Positions 56,441-64,000 of a DNA stretch of 64,000 bases are shown here, one piece after another. The notes under the pieces were generated by a model that was given only the letters and a program-made list of their open reading frames with translations, had not been told where the DNA came from and made no database searches. Source of the stretch: an uncultured Planctomycetales bacterium (lineage in GTDB: Bacteria; Planctomycetota; Phycisphaerae; UBA1845; CAIVHJ01); contig CAZUGO010000014.1 in assembly GCA_964619935.1 (NCBI GenBank), positions 51,169 to 115,168 of the forward strand, given 5' to 3'. The first letter of the stretch is position 1. Each line of letters begins with the position of its first letter. The position numbers were made by a program, and so were the translations under genes.

Positions 56441-57733
56441 TCAGCGTCGCCTTGGGGGCCGGAACTTGCTTCCCAGGGTCTTGCGTGGCTTGCTCATGGG
56501 CGCTTCCTCGGGTCCGCCGCCTGCGGTTTCGAACACGGCGCCCTGCAGCCGGGGGGCCCGCCTGGGGGCTTCGGGCGGCTTTTCTCGGGGTGCTGACGGC
56601 TCGAACTGGGGCACCACATGGGGCTCAACCTGCTTGTTGATCAACATCTCGACGGCGGTCAGCAGGGGGCCTTCCTCGCTGGTCACAAAAGTGATGGCCC
56701 GGCCAAAAGCGCCCATCCGGGCGGTGCGGCCGACCCGATGGACGTAGATCTGCGGATCCTTGGGGATATCGTAATTAATGATGTGACTGATGTCCTGGAC
56801 GTCAATCCCGCGGGCGGCCAGATCGGTCGCCACCAGGACTTTCAGCTTGTGGCGGCGGAAGCGGTCCATGACCCGCTCACGCTTGCTTTGCACCAGGTCG
56901 CCGTGGATCTCCTTAACGTCCAGACCCTGACCGTGGAGCTTCTTGGCCAGCTTGCGAGCGGCGTGCTTGGTGTTGGTGAACACAATGGCCAGACTGGGGT
57001 CTTCCCCCTGGATGAGCATCCACAGCAGGCGGTACTTGTCCCACGGTTCCACCGAGCAGTACACTTGGTGGATTTTCTCGACGGTCAAATCGTCCTGCGA
57101 GACGTTGACCTCCCGCGGTTGGTTCATGAACTGCTGGGCGAGCCGCTTGACATCCGAACTCAGGGTCGCGGACACGAAGATCGTCTGGTGGCGGTGCTTG
57201 ATTCGGCCCAGAACATTGCGGATGTCGTCGATGAACCCGATATCAAGCATGCGGTCCACTTCGTCAAGGACCACGTGCCGCAGCTCACCGATATCGATTA
57301 CCCGCCGATTCAGCAGATCCAGAATACGGCCGGGGGTGGCCACAATGATGTGCGTCCGCCGGCCGAGCAGCTTGATCTGGTGTTTCACCGCCTGACCGCC
57401 GTAGACCGGAACCGCCTGGAACACCGTGAAGCAGCTCAACCGCCGGATCTCAGCGGTCACCTGGACGGCCAGTTCACGCGTCGGAACCAGGACCAAGGCC
57501 TGCAGCGGCCTGGACTCGTCCAGTTGTTGCAGAATCGGCAGCGCGAAGGCCGCGGTCTTGCCCGTTCCGGTTCGAGCCTGGCCGAGCACGTCCAGACCTT
57601 CGATTGCCAGCGGAATCATCTCGCGCTGAATATCGGTCGGCGCCTCGAATCCTACCTTGTGCAAGGCCTGTAGCAGGGCCGGTTCGAGGCCCAGGGCAGC
57701 AAAGGCTTCGGGCAGATGTGGATGTGGTTTCAT
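56441..57733 (-). CDS. DEAD-box RNA helicase (motif II = DEVD)
   Basis: ARTGTGKTAAF (motif I), VLDEVDRML, SAT, HRVGRTAR, and a basic C-terminal tail. Confidence 0.92.
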   Translation of the reverse strand: MKPHPHLPEAFAALGLEPALLQALHKVGFEAPTDIQREMIPLAIEGLDVLGQARTGTGKTAAFALPILQQLDESRPLQALVLVPTRELAVQVTAEIRRLSCFTVFQAVPVYGGQAVKHQIKLLGRRTHIIVATPGRILDLLNRRVIDIGELRHVVLDEVDRMLDIGFIDDIRNVLGRIKHRHQTIFVSATLSSDVKRLAQQFMNQPREVNVSQDDLTVEKIHQVYCSVEPWDKYRLLWMLIQGEDPSLAIVFTNTKHAARKLAKKLHGQGLDVKEIHGDLVQSKRERVMDRFRRHKLKVLVATDLAARGIDVQDISHIINYDIPKDPQIYVHRVGRTARMGAFGRAITFVTSEEGPLLTAVEMLINKQVEPHVVPQFEPSAPREKPPEAPRRAPRLQGAVFETAGGGPEEAPMSKPRKTLGSKFRPPRRR

Positions 57734-57745
57734 GGCGAACTTGAC

Positions 57746-58357
57746 TCAAAGAGGGTCGCCGCGGCAAGCGGCCGACGCCTGGAAAGTGAAAGTCGCTGAC
57801 ATTCTAGGGCGGGGGAGACGTTTTCGCCAGCGCGTGGCTAATTTACCCCCGACACGCTCCCGAGGAGGGCGACTGCCGCTCCTGCCAGGCGTTGCGGATG
57901 CAAATCGGCATGGCGTGGCACCAGGCAAGGCAGAGTAGCCCGCCGGGCAGGTGTCCGCGCTGGCGCCACACGGCCGGCACGGGACCGCCGCCGTCACGGT
58001 GGTGACCGTGGGATAACCGCCGGCCACCCGCGTTGCTGAGCTGGTAAGCACGGCCAGGGTGGGGACCCGCAGGACCCCGGCGAGGTGCATGAACAGTGTG
58101 TCCGGGCAGATCAGGGCGTCGAGCTGACTCAGTGCAGCAGCCAGCGCGGTGATGTCGGGCGTCTGGTCGATCAGGTTCAGCAACAACGGCGGCGCCTGCG
58201 GCAGGGTCGCTTGGACCTCGGAGCTGCGGCCCAGCAGGACCACGGACACCCCGCGGCCTAGCAGGTCGCGGGTCAGCGCCAGGACTAGATCCAGCGGATA
58301 GGCACGCATCGTCGATCGGCTGCTGCCGTTGCGGGTTTGCGGTATAATCGCCACCAT
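57746..58357 (-). pseudogene. glycosyltransferase family 9 (heptosyltransferase-like), C-terminal half only
   Basis: Homology to GT9 starts at the very first residues (VAIIPQ...RAYPLDLVLALTRDLLGRGVSVVLLG ... DALICPDTLFMHLAGVLRVPTLAVL ... CRPC). The N-terminal Rossmann half of about 170 aa is missing. Its ATG overlaps the hutH ATG in CCATGG. Confidence 0.5.
58343..58348 (+). promoter_or_regulatory. candidate -10 hexamer TATAAT 7 nt upstream of the hutH ATG (possible leaderless mRNA)
   Basis: Sequence is GGTATAATCGCCACCATGG. A perfect TATAAT ends 7 nt before the ATG at 58356. There is no Shine-Dalgarno and no good -35 element. Confidence 0.4.
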
Positions 58358-59894
58358 GGTCGAGTCCAGCGCCGCACCGGTATCACTCGGAGATCAGCCG
58401 CTTTCGCTGACTGATCTGGAACCTCTGCTGGATGTTCCCTTCACCGCTTCGATCACACCGGCCGCTTGGCAGCGGCTGCGGGCCTCGCGACAACGAGTCC
58501 TGGATGTGCTGGCCCGCGGAACGGTCCATTACGGCATCAACACCGGCTTCGGTCGCCTGAAGTCGGTGGTCGTGTCCAGCGATCGCCTGGAGCAGCTCCA
58601 GAAGAACCTGATTCTGTCGCATTGTGTCGGGGTCGGATCGGACGCCACCGACGGCACCGTGCGTTGGATGATGCTGCTCAAACTGCAGGGTCTGCTCCAG
58701 GGCGGCAGCGGGGTCTCGACCGTGGTCGTCCAACTGCTGCTGGACCTGCTCAATCATGATTGCCTGCCGATCGTTCCGACCCGGGGATCGCTGGGGGCCA
58801 GCGGTGACCTGGCGCCGCTGGCGCACATGGTTCTGCCCATGATTGGGCAGGGGCAGGTACGACACCGCGGCCGGAGGTGCCCGGCGGGCGAGGCCCTGGC
58901 CGAGTTGGGGCTCAGCCCGTTGACCTTGCATGCCAAGGACGGCCTGGCACTGGTGAACGGGACTCAATACATGGCCGCGATTGCCGCGGCGGCGGTGGTT
59001 CGCGGCCGGCGGCTGGCACGTCTGGCGGACGTCATCGCGGCCATGTCGCTGGAAGCGTACAGCGGCAGCATTGCCCCGTTCGACGATCGCTTTCATCAGG
59101 TCCGCCCGCACCCCGGGGCCCAGGCGGTGGCGGCCAACCTGCGGCTGCTGCTGGCCGACAGTGATATCCTGAAGTCACACGAACACTGCGGCAGGGTGCA
59201 GGATCCGTATTCATTCCGCTGCGTGGCACCCGTTCACGGCGCCTCGCGGACGGCCTTGGAGCACGCCGCCGAGGTGGTTCAGATCGAAATCAACAGCGTC
59301 ACCGACAATCCAGTGGTGTTTGACAACGGCGATGTGCTCAGCGGCGGCAATTTCCACGGCCAGCCGCTGGCGCTGGTGCTGGACTACTTGGCGCTGGGAA
59401 TTGCTGAACTGGCCGGCATCTCGGAGCGGCGCACCTATCTGCTGCTGGGCGGCGGAGACGGGTTGCCGACCATGCTGGTTCGCGAGTCCGGCATCAACAG
59501 CGGCCTCATGATGCTGCAGTACACCGCGGCGGCACTGGTCAACGAGAACAAGGTGCTGTCGACTCCGGCATCGGTCGACTCGATTCCCAGCTCAATGGGG
59601 CAGGAAGATCATGTCAGCATGGGGGCCACCTCGGCCAACAAGCTGCTCCAGATCCTGGATAATGCCGAGACCGTGCTGGCCATCGAGTTGCTGTGCGCCG
59701 CCCAGGGGCTCGATTTCAGAGCGCCGCTGCGGGCGGGTGTCGGTGCCCGCGTGGCCCATGAGCACATTCGGGCTCGGGTCTCGCACGTGGATGAGGATCG
59801 CCGTTTTGACCAGGACATTCAGGTCGCGTTGCAGTCGCTCCGAGCGCAGGACTTGCTGAACGACGTGACTGCCGCGGTCGCCGGTCTGCGTTGA
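58356..59894 (+). CDS. hutH: histidine ammonia-lyase
   Basis: ORF 58329..59894, start trimmed to MVESSAAPV. GSLGASGDLAPLAHM carries the MIO-forming Ala-Ser-Gly. Confidence 0.93.
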   Translation: MVESSAAPVSLGDQPLSLTDLEPLLDVPFTASITPAAWQRLRASRQRVLDVLARGTVHYGINTGFGRLKSVVVSSDRLEQLQKNLILSHCVGVGSDATDGTVRWMMLLKLQGLLQGGSGVSTVVVQLLLDLLNHDCLPIVPTRGSLGASGDLAPLAHMVLPMIGQGQVRHRGRRCPAGEALAELGLSPLTLHAKDGLALVNGTQYMAAIAAAAVVRGRRLARLADVIAAMSLEAYSGSIAPFDDRFHQVRPHPGAQAVAANLRLLLADSDILKSHEHCGRVQDPYSFRCVAPVHGASRTALEHAAEVVQIEINSVTDNPVVFDNGDVLSGGNFHGQPLALVLDYLALGIAELAGISERRTYLLLGGGDGLPTMLVRESGINSGLMMLQYTAAALVNENKVLSTPASVDSIPSSMGQEDHVSMGATSANKLLQILDNAETVLAIELLCAAQGLDFRAPLRAGVGARVAHEHIRARVSHVDEDRRFDQDIQVALQSLRAQDLLNDVTAAVAGLR

Positions 59895-59986
59895 TCGGGG
59901 TGCCGAACATCCCATACACTGGTCATCAGCCGGTCCGCTGCGGGGCGACCGCCTCCTAGAACCTCCGGCTTGAGGGAACCCAGGCG

Positions 59987-61666
59987 ATGACGCCCACCAA
60001 GACGCCCATCGGAGTGCCCCGGGAAATTCACGCGCCGCGCGGCGCGCAACTGCACTGCAAGGGTTGGCTGCAGGAAGCCGCCATGCGCATGCTGATGAAT
60101 AACCTGGATCCGGCGGTCGCCGAGCGGCCGGATGACCTGGTGGTCTACGGTGGCAGCGGCAAGGCGGCGCGCTCCTGGGCGGACTTCGATGCGATTGTCC
60201 GGGCGCTGCAAGCGTTGGAGAACGACGAGACCTTGCTGGTGCAGTCCGGCCGTGCCGTGGGCATCGTCCGGACGCACGGCGACGCGCCGCGGGTGCTGAT
60301 CGCCAACTCGCTGCTGGTGCCCAAGTGGGCCACCTGGGACGAGTTCCGCCGTCTCGAAGGCCTGGGCCTGACCATGTTCGGCCAGATGACCGCCGGCAGT
60401 TGGATTTACATCGGAACCCAGGGCATTCTCCAGGGGACCTACGAGACGTTCGGGGCCCTGGCCCGCAAACAGTTTCAGAGCGATCTGAGCGGTCGGTTGG
60501 TGGTGACCGCCGGGCTGGGTGGCATGGGCGGTGCCCAGCCGCTGGCCGTGACCATGAACAACGGCTGCGTGCTGGCCATCGAGGTCGATGAGCAGCGCGC
60601 CCGCCGGCGTGTCGAAACGCGGTATTGTGACCAGGTCACCGGCAGCCTCGATGAGGCCTTGGGGCGGCTGGAACGGGCCCGCCAGGCCGGACAAGCCCTG
60701 TCGGTCGGGCTGATCGGCAACGCCGCCGATGTGCTGCCCGAACTGCTGCGGCAAAACCGGGTCCCCGACGTGGTCACCGATCAAACCTCGGCCCACGACG
60801 CCCTCAACGGCTATGTGCCCAACCGGATGCCCTTCGCCGACGCTGTGGCCTTGCGCGCCTCCGACCCGCAGCGCTACATCGCCGAATCCATGCGCGCCAT
60901 GGGCGAGCACATGAACGCCATCCTGGAACTGCAGCGCCGTGGGGCGGTGGCCTTCGACTACGGCAACAACCTCCGTGGGCAAGCCCTCGAGGTCGGGGTG
61001 GCCAACGCCTTCGACGTTCCCGGGTTTGTGCCCGAGTATATCCGTCCCTTGTTTTGCGAAGGGCAGGGACCGTTCCGCTGGGTGGCGCTCTCCGGCGATG
61101 AACGCGACATCGCGGCGACCGATCAGGCGGTCCTGGAGACGTTCCCCGATCATGAGCACTTGTGCCGCTGGATCCGGCTGGCCGGTGAGCGGGTGGCGTT
61201 CCAGGGACTGCCTGCCCGGATTTGCTGGCTGGGCTACGGCGAGCGGGCCCGCATGGGGCTGGTGTTCAATGAACTGGTGCGCTCCGGGCGGGTTGCGGCG
61301 CCGATCGTGATCGGCCGCGACCATCTCGATTGCGGCAGCGTGGCCTCGCCGAATCGCGAAACCGAGGGCATGAAAGACGGTTCAGATGCCATTGCCGACT
61401 GGCCGGTGCTCAACGCCCTGTTGAATACGGCGTGCGGTGCCAGTTGGGTGTCGGTGCACCACGGCGGTGGGGTTGGCATCGGATATTCGCTGCACGCCGG
61501 CCAGGTGGTGGTTGCCGACGGCACCGAGGCCGCGGCCCGCCGCCTGGAGCGGGTGCTCACTGCCGATCCGGCCATGGGTGTGTTCCGGCACGTCGATGCC
61601 GGTTACGCGCGGGCCGCAGAAGTGGCCCGCGAGCGCGGCGTCAAGATCCCCGGCAGAACCCGCTGA
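59987..61666 (+). CDS. hutU: urocanate hydratase
   Basis: 559 aa with [16 protein letters not shown] (NAD site), homologous along its full length. Confidence 0.95.
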   Translation: MTPTKTPIGVPREIHAPRGAQLHCKGWLQEAAMRMLMNNLDPAVAERPDDLVVYGGSGKAARSWADFDAIVRALQALENDETLLVQSGRAVGIVRTHGDAPRVLIANSLLVPKWATWDEFRRLEGLGLTMFGQMTAGSWIYIGTQGILQGTYETFGALARKQFQSDLSGRLVVTAGLGGMGGAQPLAVTMNNGCVLAIEVDEQRARRRVETRYCDQVTGSLDEALGRLERARQAGQALSVGLIGNAADVLPELLRQNRVPDVVTDQTSAHDALNGYVPNRMPFADAVALRASDPQRYIAESMRAMGEHMNAILELQRRGAVAFDYGNNLRGQALEVGVANAFDVPGFVPEYIRPLFCEGQGPFRWVALSGDERDIAATDQAVLETFPDHEHLCRWIRLAGERVAFQGLPARICWLGYGERARMGLVFNELVRSGRVAAPIVIGRDHLDCGSVASPNRETEGMKDGSDAIADWPVLNALLNTACGASWVSVHHGGGVGIGYSLHAGQVVVADGTEAAARRLERVLTADPAMGVFRHVDAGYARAAEVARERGVKIPGRTR

Positions 61667-61701
61667 CTTCCGGCCGGCGGCGGATCCCTGCGGTTGGAGC
61701 C

Positions 61702-62979
61702 ATGACAATCGTGGTCATCAAGAACATCGGTCGGCTCCTGGCGGTCCCGCCCGGCCCGCTCAGCGGTTCGCAAATGCGCCACGTTCCCGTCATCCAGTCG
61801 GCGGCGCTGGCCGTTGGCGACGGCATCATTCGCTGGTTCGGGCCGGAGTCCGAACTGCCCGCCGAATTCAATCTCGCCGCGGGATCGGAGGGTGACAACG
61901 GCGACAGGCTCGTGGATGCCGGCGGTGGCTGCGTGATTCCCGGACTCATCGACTGCCACACGCACACCGTGTTCACCGGATCGCGCGAGCACGAATTCGT
62001 GCAGCGCATCGAGGGCCGCAGTTACCTGGAGATTGCCCAGTCCGGCGGTGGGATTCGCAGCACCATGCAGCAGGTTCGGGCGGCGTCCCGGCAGTCGTTG
62101 ATGGACCAGGCCCAGGTCCGGTTGCGGACCATGCTCGCCGGTGGGGTGACCACCGTCGAGATCAAGAGCGGCTATGGACTCACCGTGGACGACGAACTCA
62201 AGATGCTCGAAGCCATCGCGGATCTCGATGCCCAGGTGCCGACCGAGCTGGTCGGGACCTACCTGGCCGCCCACACCGTACCGCCGGAGTTTGAAGGCGA
62301 TCCTGACGGGTACCTCGACCAGGTCCTGGCTCCCGCCGTCTTGCAACGCATCGCCAACGAGGGTTGGGCCGAATTCAGCGATGTCTTCTGCGAGCGCGGG
62401 GCGTTCGATATCGAGCGCTCCAGGCGGGTGTTGACCACCTGCCGGGCGTACGGACTGCTGCCGCGGATGCACGCCGATCAGATCACTCAGATGGGGGCCT
62501 CGCGCCTGGCGGCCGAGGTCCGGGCGGTCTCCGCCGACCATCTGGAATGCATCGATGAACCCGCGTGTGCGGCGCTGAAGGCCGCCGGGACCATTGCCGT
62601 GCTGTTGCCGGCCTGCAGTTTTTTTTTGGGGGTCCCCCCAGCGCCGGCTCGGACCCTCATCGACTCCGGAGTCCCGGTGGCGTTGGCCACCGACTACAAC
62701 CCGGGGTCCAGCATGGTGATGTCGTTGCCGTTAACCTTGAGCATCGCCTGCACCCAGATGCGGATGACCCCGACGGAATGCCTCACCGCCGCCACCGCCA
62801 ATGCCGCCGCGGCGTTGAACCGCCAGGGCCGCATCGGGGCCATCGCGGTCGGCATGCAGGCCGACCTGGCGATTCTGGATGCCACCGGGTTCGAACAGTT
62901 CTGCTACGAAGTCGGCTGCTACCGGCTGCGCTGCGTGGTCAAGAATGGCCTGGTGGTGTTCGATGCCTCGATGCCTTGA
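61702..62979 (+). CDS. hutI: imidazolonepropionase
   Basis: Internal ATG of ORF 61330..62979 (the upstream part overlaps hutU). IDCHTHTVFTGSR and LATDYNPGSS. Confidence 0.92.
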   Translation: MTIVVIKNIGRLLAVPPGPLSGSQMRHVPVIQSAALAVGDGIIRWFGPESELPAEFNLAAGSEGDNGDRLVDAGGGCVIPGLIDCHTHTVFTGSREHEFVQRIEGRSYLEIAQSGGGIRSTMQQVRAASRQSLMDQAQVRLRTMLAGGVTTVEIKSGYGLTVDDELKMLEAIADLDAQVPTELVGTYLAAHTVPPEFEGDPDGYLDQVLAPAVLQRIANEGWAEFSDVFCERGAFDIERSRRVLTTCRAYGLLPRMHADQITQMGASRLAAEVRAVSADHLECIDEPACAALKAAGTIAVLLPACSFFLGVPPAPARTLIDSGVPVALATDYNPGSSMVMSLPLTLSIACTQMRMTPTECLTAATANAAAALNRQGRIGAIAVGMQADLAILDATGFEQFCYEVGCYRLRCVVKNGLVVFDASMP

Positions 62980-63072
62980 CGCCGGACACGCGGCAAGGGC
63001 TGGCCGGCGTTGCGGTCCGTTCCGCAGCGGCGTGTGGTCTCAAGCGCCGGGTCAGAGCGCAGCCTGGGGTGT

Positions 63073-63681
63073 TCACGCCCCGCGCGCCGCCGTTCTGTTG
63101 CAGTGAATCACGCCGGCCGCTGTGAGCGCTCCCAAGGTGTTAAACACCATGTCCAGCGAGGTATTGCCATACCCGCCAACGCCCGTTTCCGGAAACGTCA
63201 ATACCGCGATGAACTCGACGATCTCGTTCAGCGACCCCAGCCCCATGCCGATCAAGACCACCATGGGATAGACCACTGCGTATCGCGCTCGATCGTTCAA
63301 GTAATGTCGGAGCAGGTCGTAGGCCAGCAGGGTGGTCACCCCGAAACCCCAGAAATGCACTACCTGGTCGAACTTGAGAACGAACAGTTCGTCACCGCGA
63401 TCGAAGATGGGAATCAGCCGTAGTGAATAGAGTACCGCCCCGTTCACGACCAGGCCGCCGCCGGCCATGTGCAGCAGCCCCCACAGCGACATGCCCACCA
63501 GCACCGCGTAGCTGAACCGGGTGCGCTGCAGGGTTGCGAACATCAAGGCGAAGACCATCATCACCACCCCGACATAGAGCAGGAACTCCCGGTTGCCGGT
63601 TTGGATGAAGTACACGGAAAACGCCACCAGGTAACCCAGGGTGAAGATGACGATGCCGATCTCTCCGCGACGGTAGGTCAT
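63073..63681 (-). CDS. polytopic inner-membrane protein (possibly DUF2238/YjdF-like)
   Basis: 202 aa with about 6 TM helices. The family assignment is tentative and from memory only. Confidence 0.55.
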   Translation of the reverse strand: MTYRRGEIGIVIFTLGYLVAFSVYFIQTGNREFLLYVGVVMMVFALMFATLQRTRFSYAVLVGMSLWGLLHMAGGGLVVNGAVLYSLRLIPIFDRGDELFVLKFDQVVHFWGFGVTTLLAYDLLRHYLNDRARYAVVYPMVVLIGMGLGSLNEIVEFIAVLTFPETGVGGYGNTSLDMVFNTLGALTAAGVIHCNRTAARGA

Positions 63682-64000
63682 GGCGCGTCCTTTGAAACTG
63701 ATGCCGCTGCGCTCGACACGGTATCCGATTTGCAGGCAGCTTCGTCGGGGGAACTTCCCGGCGGTCCGCGCAGCAGCCGTGTACCGAGCACAATACCAAC
63801 GGCGGGTCCACGCAGCGAGCCGCCCGAGTTCAGTGTGCGTGACGGGCCCCTCGATTGCCGCGGACCCTTGGGGTCCACGCCGGCGCGCTTTCGAGGGCGG
63901 GATTGCAGAAGGCCCGCACCGGCTGCCTTTTGCGTCCGAGTCGGGCCATGCTACAATCTCCGCCGTCGGGCAGCAGGTCAGGAGATGCCATTCGCCCGGG

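Noticed and set aside
59819-61324. 501-aa minus-strand ORF. The same applies to 49088..50560, 26204..27652, 8714..9793 and 61603..62541.
   Set aside because: All are antisense to confidently identified genes (hutU, yitJ, the esterase lipoprotein, the YHS genes and hutI).
63949-64000. TACAAT followed by AGGAGATG and a 5-codon open frame at the window end
   Set aside because: Only 15 nt of possible coding sequence are visible, and the SD-like AGGAG directly abuts the ATG. This is not enough evidence to call a gene start.

Overview
High-GC bacterial chromosomal window. The gene content (several prepilin-type N-terminal methylation-domain proteins, DUF1579, many lipoproteins, the integrase type) suggests a Planctomycetota-like organism, but that is inference only. 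I support about 60 protein genes, one tRNA-Ala(GGC), and no rRNA, CRISPR array or recognisable defence system.

Most of the window is housekeeping:
- a 2-oxoacid dehydrogenase operon (E1a-E1b-E2-E3)
- pncB-pncA, mutS2, dnaE, sodA, an hldE-like fusion, yggS, trmB, truB
- GH3 plus SDR, and TolC-MFP-ABC ATPase
- cobB, redoxins, ribBA-thiE-yitJ, guaB/guaA, a DEAD-box helicase and hutHUI

I did not find a convincing multi-gene novel system. The parts worth a second look are:
1. A decayed tRNA-Ala-linked island (19.8-22.3 kb) with a frameshifted, truncated integrase and a WD40 gene fragment. It also holds 12 exactly phased 22-bp tandem repeats, each with a CGACC-N-GGTCG palindrome, upstream of an HU-like/DUF4469 gene.
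2. A second, AT-rich array of 7 sites with about 22-bp phasing, centred on TGGTACCA palindromes, between two convergent genes (56.2 kb). It is flanked by short repeats.
3. A colinear but interrupted paaA-(HTH)-paaB ... paaC-paaD set with no paaE.
4. Two translationally coupled genes carrying four Cys-rich YHS-like modules.
5. A roughly 400-bp noncoding stretch that ends in a minus-strand intrinsic terminator.
6. Several atypical gene architectures: MutS2 without Smr, an HldE with reversed domain order, a GT9 remnant whose start codon overlaps that of hutH, and a long convergent CDS overlap.

Many long ORFs in the track are antisense shadows typical of high-GC DNA and were rejected. All functional calls rest on motif recognition by eye. 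No searches were run.
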